Positions 27,351-37,967 of a DNA stretch of 64,000 nucleotides are shown one piece after another. The first letter of the stretch is position 1. The number at the start of each line of letters is the position of its first letter. The notes under the pieces are model-generated. The model did no database searches. It worked only from the letters and a program-made list of their open reading frames with translations, and was not told the DNA's origin. Origin of the DNA: Chloroflexota bacterium (GTDB lineage Bacteria > Chloroflexota > Dehalococcoidia > Dehalococcoidales > UBA2162); the NCBI GenBank assembly GCA_016190895.1, contig JACPPR010000030.1:241-64240 (forward strand), written 5' to 3'. The translations under genes were made by a program, and so were the position numbers.

Positions 27351-28076
27351 TCATAGTCCGCCGAAGCGTCTGTGCCTGCGGCCGTAGGATAATAGCGCTT
27401 TATCGATATCCTTTTCACCAAAATCGGGCCAGAGGACTTCGGTAAAATGGTACTCGCTGTAGGTCGTTTGCCAGAGTAGGAAATTGCTGAGGCGGAATTC
27501 GCAGCCCGTGCGGATGAGCAGGTCGACATCGGGCAGGCCGGCTGTGTAAAGGTAGTTGCCGAACGTCTCTTCGTTGATTTTTTCGGGGGGGACGCCTTCG
27601 GCGATGAGGCGGCGTACCGCGTCCAGTATCTCGGTGCGCGCTCCGTAGTTGAAGGCGACGCTCAGGGTCATCCCGGAATTATTTTTGGTAAGCTCGATGG
27701 CATCGGTGATGGCTAGTTGCAGACTTTTGGGCAGCTCATTAAGCCGGCCGAGGTGGCGGAGCTTGATGCCCGCCCGATGAATTTCCGGGGCAGTTCTCCC
27801 TATAAAGGCCTCGAGTAACTTGAAGAGACCGGTAACTTCGGCTTTAGGGCGGTTCCAGTTTTCCGTAGAGAAGCCGTACAAGGTGACATACTTTATGGGG
27901 TATTCATTAAGGTATTTGACGATGTGGCGCATGTTGTCAGTGCCGGACTGATGGCCGCTAAGTCTGGGCAAGCCACGCTGCTCTGCCCATCTGCCGTTGC
28001 CGTCCGGAACAATAGCGATGTGCTCAGGGAGCCGACTGAATTTCTGAGTCTTTGGTGCGTCAGCCATCATCCTCAC
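27351..28076 (-). CDS. uppS: Undecaprenyl diphosphate synthase
   Basis: IAIVPDGNGRWA and RLSNFLLWQ; GTG start. Confidence 0.93.
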   Translation of the reverse strand: MRMMADAPKTQKFSRLPEHIAIVPDGNGRWAEQRGLPRLSGHQSGTDNMRHIVKYLNEYPIKYVTLYGFSTENWNRPKAEVTGLFKLLEAFIGRTAPEIHRAGIKLRHLGRLNELPKSLQLAITDAIELTKNNSGMTLSVAFNYGARTEILDAVRRLIAEGVPPEKINEETFGNYLYTAGLPDVDLLIRTGCEFRLSNFLLWQTTYSEYHFTEVLWPDFGEKDIDKALLSYGRRHRRFGGL

Positions 28077-28190
28077 GAAACAAGTTCAAATATCAAAATC
28101 CAAAGTTCAAATAAAATCCAAATGTCCTAATGTCAAAATTTCTTGCCAGTATCGTTTGGCCTTTGAGCTTTGGCATTTGGATTTTGTTTA
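28077..28190. repeat. AT-rich word repeat, imperfect palindrome
   Basis: AAAATCCAAAG..AAATCCAAATG / TTTGAGCTTTGGCATTTGGATTTTG. Confidence 0.65.
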
Positions 28191-28748
28191 CTAGACCTGT
28201 CTCAGCTCGGCTTCTTTGTCCAGTCCCACCTTATCGGCGGTGGCTATAAAAGCATCCGTAATTTTCTGTAGCTGGCTCAGGGCGCGCTTATGCTCGTCCT
28301 GTGTTATTTCCTTGCTCTTTTCAGATTCCTTCAGCGTCTCCGTAACCTCACGCCTCAGGTTACGCACTACCACTTTTCGTTCCTCGACACGGCGTCTCAC
28401 CAGCTTGATGAGTTCCTGACGCCGCTCTTCGGAAAGGGGCGGCAAGCTTATCCGGATTATTTTGCCATCGCTGACAGGATTCAACCCCAGGTCGGATGTC
28501 TGGATAGCTTTTTCGATACCGCGGATGGCGCCTGGGTCCCAGGGCTGAATGAGGAGAAGTTTTGCCTCCGGCACGGAAATGCCGGCAACCTGGTTTAATG
28601 GCAGCATAGCGCCGGCGTATTCCACCTTGAGATGCTCTACCAGGGCGGGGCTGGCTCGCCCGCTGCGGATGGTCGCTAAATCCTGCTTCAGGCCATCGAT
28701 AGTCTTCTGCATTTTGTCTTCGATATTTCTTAACGTTTCGCTAGTCAT
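28191..28748 (-). CDS. frr: Ribosome recycling factor
   Basis: Start set at ATG 28748 (MTSETLRNIEDKMQKTIDGLKQDL...). The track ORF extends to 28934 through a repeat. Confidence 0.92.
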   Translation of the reverse strand: MTSETLRNIEDKMQKTIDGLKQDLATIRSGRASPALVEHLKVEYAGAMLPLNQVAGISVPEAKLLLIQPWDPGAIRGIEKAIQTSDLGLNPVSDGKIIRISLPPLSEERRQELIKLVRRRVEERKVVVRNLRREVTETLKESEKSKEITQDEHKRALSQLQKITDAFIATADKVGLDKEAELRQV

Positions 28749-28831
28749 TTTCCCCTCGACTCTGCTCGGGATAAACCCCTCGACTCCCGCTCCTTCGACT
28801 TCGCTCAGGACAAGTCGGGATAAACCCCTCG
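28749..28831. repeat. Repeat-filled frr-pyrH spacer
   Basis: Direct repeat GGGATAAACCCCTCG x2, plus a CTTCGACTTCGCTCAGGACAAG variant of the GCTCAGGGCAAG unit. Confidence 0.6.
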
Positions 28832-30070
<1,239 letters not shown>

Positions 30071-30074
<4 letters not shown>

Positions 30075-30883
30075 GCTGCGGCCTCCTTGTTCGCTTGAGG
30101 TACGGATGCCGGGGGTGTAACCGGATTGACGGCGACGCCGGCCGGGGCAGCCGCCTGCGGAGTCTTGGCTTCTACCTCGGCGGTCACAGGCAAGGCCTGT
30201 CCGGCAATGCCTTCGAGAATGGCATCGGCGACCTTATTACAGATTAGCTTGATAGCTCTAATCGCATCGTCATTGGCCGGTATCGGGTAATCCAACTCCT
30301 CCGGGTTGCAGCTCGTATCGGCTATCGCCACGACAGGAATGCCCATCCGCTTGGCTTCGGCCAGGGCGATTTTCTCCTTCGGCGGGTCGACGATGAAGAG
30401 GACGTCCGGCAGGCTGGTCATCTCTTTGATGCCGCCCAGTTGCTTGTTGAGGCGGGCAATTTCCTTTTCCAGCAGCAGTGCCTCAGTTTTGGGCAAACGG
30501 GCAAATTCGCCCTTGGCTTGCTGGTCTTCCAGACGCACCAGATAATCGATACGGGCCTGGATATTGACAAAATTAGTCAATATGCCGCCAATCCAGCGTT
30601 GAGTGACATAATACATACCGCAGCGCTTGGCGGCTTCTTCGACAGATTCCTGCGCCTGTTTCTTGGTGCCGACGAAAAGGATTTTGCCGCCATCGGCGGC
30701 TACCTGCTTGAGATACTGGCAGGCTTTATCCAGCATGACAGCGGTTTTTTCAAGGTCGATGATGTGGATGCCATCGCGCTTGGTGAAGATATACTTCTTC
30801 ATGGCTGGATGCCAGCGGCTGGTCTGATGACCGAAGTGTGCGCCGGACTCCAAAAGTTGTTTTACAGATACGGTAACTGGCAA
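30071..30883 (-). CDS. rpsB: 30S ribosomal protein S2
   Basis: [17 protein letters not shown]. Start set at TTG 30883, preceded by SD GGGAGAG; the track ORF starts 54 nt further upstream. Confidence 0.93.
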
Positions 30884-30974
30884 ATTTCTACTCTCCCTTT
30901 TATTAGTCAGTTTAGAGTATAGCATACCAGCTAACAAGCGGGCAACAACCTATCACTGAGGGTGTTTAGCAACA

Positions 30975-31010
30975 CGCCGTCATTGCGAGCGTAGCGAAGC
31001 AATGACGGCG
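30975..31010. repeat. ATTGCGAG/CGAAGCAAT family, minimal palindrome
   Basis: CGCCGTCATTGC-N12-GCAATGACGGCG. Confidence 0.75.
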
Positions 31011-31056
31011 TGAGCAGATTGGCGTGGCAGTTATTAAACATCCTCAGGGAGCCAGT

Positions 31057-31085
31057 TTGACAAGCCTCGGTTGAAATACTATTAT
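31057..31085 (+). promoter_or_regulatory. Sigma70-like promoter of ORF 31115
   Basis: TTGACA (31057-62), 17-nt spacer, TATTAT (31080-85). Confidence 0.5.
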
Positions 31086-31114
31086 TGAGCTTACGAAAAG
31101 CTGAGGGTGGTCAG

Positions 31115-31501
31115 ATGCAGATTAAGAAGACGTACCGAGAGGTAAATCCCGAACTGCTCTATAATGAGGTAAAGGATTTCACTGTGAAGCAGGGAGCGGT
31201 CATCGTTGATGCTAAATTGGAAACCTACTCCCTGCCCGATGACTCCTCCTCATTTGTGACGCGCGGCACGCTGACTTTCAAAATGCCTGATGCCTCCGCT
31301 TCTTCCGGTGCCGGAAAGACTGACAAAGAATGCATCAGCGCCCACATTGTCGGCTCGGCCAGAGGCGAAACCAAGCTGCTGCTCGATATCGATGAAAAAC
31401 TCTTCCCCCAGCAGAAGGTGTCCGCCCTGCAGGCTGACCTCGATTTCATACTCGGCTCCTACGAGGTCAAGCCGGGGCAGGAGCCCGCCAGGAACCAGTA
31501 A
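31115..31501 (+). CDS. Hypothetical protein
   Basis: ATG 31115 after SD GAGGGTGG. The track TTG 31085 lies inside the predicted -10. No recognisable family. Confidence 0.55.
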   Translation: MQIKKTYREVNPELLYNEVKDFTVKQGAVIVDAKLETYSLPDDSSSFVTRGTLTFKMPDASASSGAGKTDKECISAHIVGSARGETKLLLDIDEKLFPQQKVSALQADLDFILGSYEVKPGQEPARNQ

Positions 31502-31582
31502 AATTGGTTTTCTCTCCTTTCTCTATGCAAAGTATGGTCTCTTTTTGTGCGGGGTGCTGAGGTGGTGAAAGATTCTACCCAG

Positions 31583-31608
31583 TAGGGGCACGGCATGCCG
31601 TGCCCCTA
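31583..31608. repeat. GC-rich perfect palindrome family TAGGGGCRCRGCATGCYGYGCCCCTA
   Basis: TAGGGGCACGGCATGCCGTGCCCCTA. Confidence 0.85.
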
Positions 31609-31727
31609 TGCCAACGTTTGTCGGCTGGGGTGAATATGGGGTATAATTAATTAAGGTGTTTTACCTGGAATGCGGCAAATTGAACCTTCAAATTGTCCGC
31701 TTGTCTGCCGGGTCGGGACGTAAGTTA

Positions 31728-31756
31728 TTGACATATTAGCTACAATATGTTAGCTT
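31728..31756 (+). promoter_or_regulatory. Promoter-like element of the glutamate synthase/hisHF cluster
   Basis: TTGACA (31728-33), 17-nt spacer ending in TGT, TAGCTT (31751-56). The spacer holds the inverted repeat CATATT-N6-AATATG (31732-49). Confidence 0.4.
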
Positions 31757-31812
31757 AAGAGACGGAAACTCATTACCGCTAACGGGCTGTGCAGAGAGGG
31801 GTTTTGTTCAAT

Positions 31813-32256
31813 ATGAAGCGAGTTTTTATCAAGGAAAAAGTCTGTATGGGCTGTCACCTGTGCGAGGTGTATTGCCAGCAGCAGCACTCCAAATCGAAGG
31901 ACCTGATTAAAGCCTTTAAGACGGAAACCCCTCGTCCGTTACCGAGAGTCAGGATGGAGGCGAAAGGCTCCGTATCCTTCTCCGTGCGCTGCCAGCATTG
32001 CGCCGATGCTCCCTGTACTCAAGCCTGTCTTACCGGCGCTCTCAGCAAAGACCCCGTTACGGGAGTGGTTCTAGTGGATACCGAGAAGTGCGTCGGCTGC
32101 TGGACCTGTATCCTGGTTTGTCCCTTCGGAGCCATCAGGCGGGATGAAGAGCAGGGTAAAGCTGTCAAGTGCGACCTCTGTCGTGGGAGACCAACGCCGG
32201 CCTGCGTGGATAATTGTCCTAATGAGGCGCTGATATTTGCCGAAGCCGAAAGCTGA
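31813..32256 (+). CDS. 4Fe-4S dicluster ferredoxin-type subunit (electron-input module of split glutamate synthase)
   Basis: Cys motifs CMGCHLCEVYC, CQHCADAPC, CVGCWTCILVCP and CDLCRGRPTPACVDNCP. Start at ATG 31813. Confidence 0.8.
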   Translation: MKRVFIKEKVCMGCHLCEVYCQQQHSKSKDLIKAFKTETPRPLPRVRMEAKGSVSFSVRCQHCADAPCTQACLTGALSKDPVTGVVLVDTEKCVGCWTCILVCPFGAIRRDEEQGKAVKCDLCRGRPTPACVDNCPNEALIFAEAES

Positions 32257-32271
32257 TGTGAGAGAGAAGAA

Positions 32272-32898
32272 GTGATTGCGGTAATCGATTACGGCGCCGG
32301 CAATCTGCGCAATGTGGCTAATGCCATCAGCAGGTTGGGCTATGAGCCTAAGATAACCGGTGACCCGGCCGAAGTTTTTAATGCCCAGGCGGTTGTCTTG
32401 CCCGGGGTGGGCGCGGCGGCCGATGCCATGTCTAATCTGGCGAAGCTGAAGCTGGTGCGCCTGATTCGCCGGATTATCGATGAAGATAAGCCTTTTCTGG
32501 GTGTCTGCCTTGGTCTACAGGTGCTCTTTACGGGTACTGAAGAGGGCGGCTGGCACGAGTGTCTCGGCATTATACCGGGAAGCGTGCGGAAACTGCCGGC
32601 CGGGCTGAAGATACCTCATATGGGCTGGAACCAGGTCAGGCAAAAGATGACGCACCCGATTTTTGAGGGTGTGCCGGATGAGGCTAATTTTTACTTCGTG
32701 CATAGCTATTATGCCGAGCCGGAGGACAAATCGTTGGTCGCCGGTGAAACCGATTACGGCATTCCGTTCTGCAGCGTCATCGCCCGGGGAAACCTGGTAG
32801 CAACCCAGTTCCATCCGGAGAAGAGCGGCGAGCTGGGGCTGAAGATTTATGATAATTTCATCAAGCTTGCTCTTGGAGCGAAGGCAGGCCGTAACTAA
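32272..32898 (+). CDS. hisH: Imidazole glycerol phosphate synthase, glutamine amidotransferase subunit
   Basis: IAVIDYGAGNLRNV, GVCLGLQ, QFHPEKS; GTG start. Confidence 0.9.
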   Translation: MIAVIDYGAGNLRNVANAISRLGYEPKITGDPAEVFNAQAVVLPGVGAAADAMSNLAKLKLVRLIRRIIDEDKPFLGVCLGLQVLFTGTEEGGWHECLGIIPGSVRKLPAGLKIPHMGWNQVRQKMTHPIFEGVPDEANFYFVHSYYAEPEDKSLVAGETDYGIPFCSVIARGNLVATQFHPEKSGELGLKIYDNFIKLALGAKAGRN

Positions 32899-32927
32899 TG
32901 CGAGTTTGGAAGTGACGTAAGCAATTT

Positions 32928-33015
32928 CCTCTCCCTTGAGGGGAGAGGTTAGGTGAGGGTGATATGATTCTGTGACCCCTCACCCTTATTCCCTCTCCCG
33001 CAAGGGGAGAGGGAG
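32928..33015. repeat. GGGAGAGG-hairpin repeat family, symmetric double copy
   Basis: CCTCTCCCttgaGGGGAGAGG ... CCCTCTCCCgcaaGGGGAGAGGG, with inner inverted repeat GGTGAGGGTG/CCCCTCACCC. Confidence 0.75.
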
Positions 33016-33034
33016 ATTGGATGGCTGAGAGAAA

Positions 33035-34405
33035 ATGGCTACTAAAAAGATAGAGAAAGTAAAATACCTGATTATCGGGAACTCGGCGGGAGGCATCGGG
33101 GCGGTGGAGGCTATCCGTGAGAAAGACAAGACGGGGACGATTGCCATCATCTCGGACGAGCCTTACCCGGCTTACTCACGGCCGCTCATCTCACCCTATC
33201 TGGCTCACGAGCGCACTCTGGAGAGTATGCTCTACCGCCCGGCTGATTTCTATGAAAAGAATAGCGTCCAGGCTTTTCTGGGCGTCAAAGTGGAGCGGCT
33301 CGACCTGGAGAACCATGCCATCGACCTGGCGGACAAAGGCAGAATCGAGTGGCAGAAGCTCTTGCTGGCTACAGGCGGGGTGCCGATTTTCCCCAAGACC
33401 GAAGGCAGCGACCTGAAAGGCGTCTTTACCTTTACCACCCTGGATGATGCTAAAGTTATCGACAAGTTCCTGGGTAAGCCCCTTCGACAAGCTCAGGGCA
33501 AGCCCTCAAAGAAAAAGGTGAAAGCGGTGGTTATCGGCGGCGGCCTTATCGGGGTCAGCGTCACCGAAGCCCTGGTCAAACGCGGGGTTGCTGTAACCAT
33601 CGTCGAGCTGAGGGAGCGGGTGCTGAATGTCATTCTCGATGAAGTCGCCTCGGCTTTGGCTGATGAAGCCCTGAAGAAGGTCGGCGTTAAGATTGTCACC
33701 GGTCACACGGTAAGTAAAATAACGGGCGATTCGGCGGGCAATGTGGCCGGCGCTATTTTCGATGATGGCAAAGAACTGCCCTGCGATATGGTGATTGTCG
33801 CCATCGGCGTCCAGCCCCGCCTGGAACTGGTGAAAGATACAGGGATAAAGGTGAACCGCGGTATTGTAGTCGACCGTCATATGACTACTTCTAATCCGGA
33901 TGTTTACGCCTGCGGGGATGTCGCCGAGGCTTATGATTTTGTTCTCGGGATAAACCGGCTCACCCCCATATGGCCCAATGCCTATGTCGGGGGCAGAGTC
34001 GCCGGCTTGAATATGGCGGGCGTCCCGACCGATTACCCGGGCGGCACGGCGATGAACTCTTCGCACTACTTCGGCGTTAGCGTTGTCTCGGCAGGGGTAG
34101 TCACTCCCACGGGCGATGGTTATGAGGAACTCAGCGCCCGCAGCGACCATTCTTACAAGAAGGTCCTTGTGAAAGACGGGCTGGTGGTGGGCATGGTCTT
34201 CAGCGGCGACATCGAGAAAGCGGGCATAATTTACAATTTGATAAAAGACAAAGTGAAGGTAGAGGCTTTCAAGCAAACTCTTGTCGCCAGTGATTTCGGT
34301 TTGCTCTCTTTGCCTGAAGAGAGGTGGCGGCCGAAACTGGAATTGCCGGCCAAGGCAGCCCCTTCAGCAGCCTCTGGCAAGAGTGGTTCTCCCACAGGGC
34401 ACTAA
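33035..34405 (+). CDS. FAD-dependent NAD(P)H oxidoreductase (NirB/rubredoxin-reductase/Nox-like)
   Basis: Two Rossmann motifs (IIGNSAGGIGA, VIGGGLIGVSV) and YSRPLIS. Contains a repeat-derived segment at 33479-33506. Confidence 0.82.
   Translation: MATKKIEKVKYLIIGNSAGGIGAVEAIREKDKTGTIAIISDEPYPAYSRPLISPYLAHERTLESMLYRPADFYEKNSVQAFLGVKVERLDLENHAIDLADKGRIEWQKLLLATGGVPIFPKTEGSDLKGVFTFTTLDDAKVIDKFLGKPLRQAQGKPSKKKVKAVVIGGGLIGVSVTEALVKRGVAVTIVELRERVLNVILDEVASALADEALKKVGVKIVTGHTVSKITGDSAGNVAGAIFDDGKELPCDMVIVAIGVQPRLELVKDTGIKVNRGIVVDRHMTTSNPDVYACGDVAEAYDFVLGINRLTPIWPNAYVGGRVAGLNMAGVPTDYPGGTAMNSSHYFGVSVVSAGVVTPTGDGYEELSARSDHSYKKVLVKDGLVVGMVFSGDIEKAGIIYNLIKDKVKVEAFKQTLVASDFGLLSLPEERWRPKLELPAKAAPSAASGKSGSPTGH
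33479..33506 (+). repeat. Same 28-nt repeat unit inside the FAD oxidoreductase CDS
   Basis: CCCCTTCGACAAGCTCAGGGCAAGCCCT, encoding PLRQAQGKP. Confidence 0.8.
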
Positions 34406-34430
34406 TACTGATTAGGCAGGGATGTAGCTA

Positions 34431-35570
34431 ATGGAAGATTTACAAAAGATTAACAATCCTTACGGTGCCGATAAGGTAATCGATTCCTGTTCCATCTTCG
34501 GAATGATGGATACCTCGGGGCGCCGGTTCTCCGGCGAGGACATCACCAAGGCGATTGCCAATATGCACTTCAGGGGCAACGGTCTGGGGGGCGGGCTGGC
34601 TGTCTACGGTATTTATCCCGATTATGCCGACCATTACGCCTTTCATATTATGTACCTGAGCCCGCAGGGACAGCAGCAAACGGAGGCTTTCCTGAAGGAC
34701 AAATTCTACATGGTCAAAGCTGAGGAAGTGCCGATGCGGCCGATTCCGGCGATTGTCAATCCGCCGGCAGTCTGGCGCTACTTCCTCGATGTCAAGCAGG
34801 ACAGGCGCGGCGCTGAATCTGCCGACGACTATGTAGTCGAGCGGGTGATGGATATCAATACCAAGCTGAAAGACAGCTTTGTTTTCTCCAGCGGCAAGAA
34901 TATGGGCGTGTTCAAGGGAGTCGGGTATCCGGAGGAGATATCCGAATACTTCCGTCTGGAAGAATATGAAGGTTATCTCTGGACTGCCCACGGCCGTTTC
35001 CCGACCAACACGCCGGGCTGGTGGGGGGGCGCTCACCCGTTCAGTATTCTCGATTGGACGGTGGTTCACAACGGAGAGATTTCCTCTTACGGCATCAACC
35101 GCCGCTACCTGGAGCAGTTCGGCTATCAGTGCACGATGCAGACCGATACCGAGGTGGTCGCTTACGCTATCGACCTTCTCATTCGCAGGCATAACCTGCC
35201 CATCGAAATAGCGGCCGAGGTGCTGGCGGCGCCCTTCTGGAGCGATATCGAGCGGATGCCGCCGAAGGAGCAGAAGCTGGCCCGCACTCTGCGACAGGTC
35301 TATCCCGGTCTGCTACTGAACGGGCCGTTCACGATAATTATTGCCCACAATGGCGAAATGATCGGCCTTACCGACCGAATCAGGCTGAGACCCCTGACCG
35401 TAGGTGTCAACGGTAACATGATATATCTCTCCTCGGAGGAGGCCGCCATCCGTCTTATCAGTCCCGAGCTTGACGCCGCCTGGATTCCGAGCGGTGGCGA
35501 GCCGATTATCGGCCGGCTGGGAGTCCAGCTAAAACCGGAACCGTCCGTTGTTAGTGGAGCCAGGTTATAA
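34431..35570 (+). CDS. Class II glutamine amidotransferase, GltB domain-1-like subunit
   Basis: [34 protein letters not shown]. Confidence 0.82.
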   Translation: MEDLQKINNPYGADKVIDSCSIFGMMDTSGRRFSGEDITKAIANMHFRGNGLGGGLAVYGIYPDYADHYAFHIMYLSPQGQQQTEAFLKDKFYMVKAEEVPMRPIPAIVNPPAVWRYFLDVKQDRRGAESADDYVVERVMDINTKLKDSFVFSSGKNMGVFKGVGYPEEISEYFRLEEYEGYLWTAHGRFPTNTPGWWGGAHPFSILDWTVVHNGEISSYGINRRYLEQFGYQCTMQTDTEVVAYAIDLLIRRHNLPIEIAAEVLAAPFWSDIERMPPKEQKLARTLRQVYPGLLLNGPFTIIIAHNGEMIGLTDRIRLRPLTVGVNGNMIYLSSEEAAIRLISPELDAAWIPSGGEPIIGRLGVQLKPEPSVVSGARL

Positions 35571-35571
35571 G

Positions 35572-36354
35572 ATGCTGACCAAGAGGATTATCCCCTGTCT
35601 CGATGTGAAAAATGGCCGGGTGGTCAAGGGAGTCAAGTTCCGCGACCACCGTGATGCCGGTGACCCTGTCGAATTGGCTGCCTTCTATAACGAGCAGGGG
35701 GCTGACGAGCTTGTTTTTTATGATATTACCGCCTCCAGTGATGGGCGGGAAATTATGAGAGAGGTAGTAGAGCGCACCGCCGGTCAGGTATTTATTCCGC
35801 TGACTGTGGGTGGCGGGCTGCGCACTGTGGAGGATATCCGGCAGATGTTAGCAGCCGGCGCCGATAAAGTTTCTATCAATACGGCGGCAGTGCTAGACCC
35901 AGATTTTATTACCCGGGGCGCCGAGCGGTTCGGCAACCAGTGTATCGTTCTGGGGATGGATGCCCGGCGTGTTCCGGGGTCGAACCCGACTCGCTGGGAG
36001 GTGTTCACGCATACCGGGGCAGATGGCGGCCGAACTTCCGGCAGGGATGCTGTGGAGTGGGCTATCGAGGCCGTCAAAAAAGGCGCTGGCGAGATAGTTG
36101 TTAATAGCATCGATGCCGATGGCACTCAGGCCGGCTACGACCTGGAGTTGCTCCGGTCCATTTCCGAGGCAGTCAGCGTGCCCGTAGTGGCTAGCGGCGG
36201 CGCCGGACAGCCTGAAGATTTGTATCAAGCCCTGGTCTCCGGTAAAGCCGATGCTGTGCTGGCAGCCACCATCTTTCATTACGGGACTTATTCGATTAAC
36301 GATGTTAAAGAGTACCTGAGGAAAAAACAAATAGCGGTGCGCGCAAGAGGCTAA
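35572..36354 (+). CDS. hisF: Imidazole glycerol phosphate synthase, cyclase subunit
   Basis: [23 protein letters not shown] ... [21 protein letters not shown] 35572 lies 1 nt after the upstream stop. Confidence 0.92.
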   Translation: MLTKRIIPCLDVKNGRVVKGVKFRDHRDAGDPVELAAFYNEQGADELVFYDITASSDGREIMREVVERTAGQVFIPLTVGGGLRTVEDIRQMLAAGADKVSINTAAVLDPDFITRGAERFGNQCIVLGMDARRVPGSNPTRWEVFTHTGADGGRTSGRDAVEWAIEAVKKGAGEIVVNSIDADGTQAGYDLELLRSISEAVSVPVVASGGAGQPEDLYQALVSGKADAVLAATIFHYGTYSINDVKEYLRKKQIAVRARG

Positions 36355-36359
36355 ATTAA

Positions 36360-36408
36360 GGTAGCGCAGGCGTCCTCGCCTGTGCTTGCAGGCGGGATGC
36401 CTGTAATA
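36360..36408. repeat. Same hairpin family
   Basis: GCGCAGGCGtcctCGCCTGTGC plus a second hairpin, after hisF. Confidence 0.75.
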
Positions 36409-36460
36409 CCGAGAGGTGAAGAAGTAAAAGACCGATTGAGGTTGGGGTGGAGTAGGAATA

Positions 36461-37966
36461 ATGAAAACGTTTTTACCTGCTAAATTCAAAGTAGACAGGA
36501 GCTCAGACCGGTGCATTCAGTGTCAGGTCTGTGTTAACCAGTGCAGCTTCGATGTCCATTATTATGACGCCGAAGACAACGAAGTGCGCAGCCGCGAAGA
36601 GAATTGCGTCGGTTGCCACCGTTGCGCCATCTTCTGCCCGGCCCGCGCCCTGACCATCAGCCGGAACCCGATGGACTATCGGGATAATTTGAACTGGCGT
36701 GGCGAAACTATCGAGGATATCTTCAAACAGGCGGAAACCGGCGGTATGCTTCTGACCGGTATGGGTGACGACAAAGGGCAGCGCATCTACTGGGACCATT
36801 TGGTCTTGAATGCTAGCCAGGTTACCAATCCATCTATCGACCCGCTGCGGGAACCGATGGAGTTGGTCACCTATATCGGGCGCAAACCCGACCGGGTGAC
36901 CATCGACCCGGTGACTCGTGAACTGAAGACGGATTTAGCTCCGCAAATCAAACTGGAAATACCGGTGATGTTTTCGGCGATGTCTTACGGCGCCGTCAGC
37001 CTTAATGTGCAGGAGTCTCTTGCCAGGGCGGCCACCGAGTTCGGCACCCTGTGGAACACGGGCGAGGGCGGGCTTCAATCTAGCCTGTTCAAGTATGGCA
37101 AGAACACCATCGTCCAGGTGGCATCGGGACGTTTCGGAGTGCACTCCGATTACCTAAATGCCGGACAGGTGGTTGAGATAAAGATTGGTCAGGGCGCCAA
37201 GCCCGGTATCGGCGGCCACCTGCCGGGGGAGAAGGTGAGCCTGGATGTTTCACTCACCAGGATGATACCCCAGGGCACCGATGCTCTGTCACCGGCGCCA
37301 CAGCACGATATCTACTCCATCGAGGACCTGGCGCAGTTGGTCTATGCCCTGAAAGAAGCCACCAATTACACCAAACCCATCTCGGTGAAGATTGCTGCCG
37401 TCCACAATGCGGCGGCTATTGCCAGCGGTATGGTCAGAGCTGGCGCCGATATCATTTGTCTTGACGGCCTGAGGGGAGCTACCGGAGCCGCTCCCAAGGT
37501 GATTCGTGACAATGTCGGCATTCCCATCGAGATGGCGCTGGCGGCGGTGGATTCCCGCCTGAGACAGGAAGGTATCCGTAACCAGGCTTCGGTAGTCATT
37601 GCCGGCGGTATTAGAAGCGCCGGTGACGTGGCTAAGGCGATTGCCCTGGGGGCGGACGCTGTTTACATCGGGACGGCGGCTCTGATTGCACTGGGCTGCC
37701 ATGTCTGCCAGCAGTGTCACACAGGCAAATGCGCCTGGGGTATCTGCACCTCCGACCTGGGTCTGACCAAGAGAATCAATCCTGACATCGGCGCCCAGAG
37801 ACTGGTCAATTTGTTGCGCGCCTGGAGTCTGGAGCTGAAAGATATTCTCGGCGGCCTGGGCGTCAATGCCCTGGAAAGCCTGAGGGGCAACCGCTTGCAC
37901 TTGCGGGGCATCGGACTGACTGATACCGAACTGGATATCCTCGGCGTAAAGATGGTAGGAGCTTAG
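36461..37966 (+). CDS. Glutamate synthase FMN-binding (GltB domain 2) subunit with N-terminal 2x[4Fe-4S]
   Basis: CIQCQVCVNQC, CVGCHRCAIFCP, KIGQGAKPGIGGHLPG, LRGATGAAP. Confidence 0.88.
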   Translation: MKTFLPAKFKVDRSSDRCIQCQVCVNQCSFDVHYYDAEDNEVRSREENCVGCHRCAIFCPARALTISRNPMDYRDNLNWRGETIEDIFKQAETGGMLLTGMGDDKGQRIYWDHLVLNASQVTNPSIDPLREPMELVTYIGRKPDRVTIDPVTRELKTDLAPQIKLEIPVMFSAMSYGAVSLNVQESLARAATEFGTLWNTGEGGLQSSLFKYGKNTIVQVASGRFGVHSDYLNAGQVVEIKIGQGAKPGIGGHLPGEKVSLDVSLTRMIPQGTDALSPAPQHDIYSIEDLAQLVYALKEATNYTKPISVKIAAVHNAAAIASGMVRAGADIICLDGLRGATGAAPKVIRDNVGIPIEMALAAVDSRLRQEGIRNQASVVIAGGIRSAGDVAKAIALGADAVYIGTAALIALGCHVCQQCHTGKCAWGICTSDLGLTKRINPDIGAQRLVNLLRAWSLELKDILGGLGVNALESLRGNRLHLRGIGLTDTELDILGVKMVGA

Positions 37967-37967
37967 A

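Noticed and set aside
31764-31777. NrpR operator GGAA-N6-TTCC
   Set aside because: I found no perfect match by eye in any intergenic region near N genes. The only hit is this one-mismatch site, GGAA-N6-TACC. It is reported as weak inference, not as a feature.
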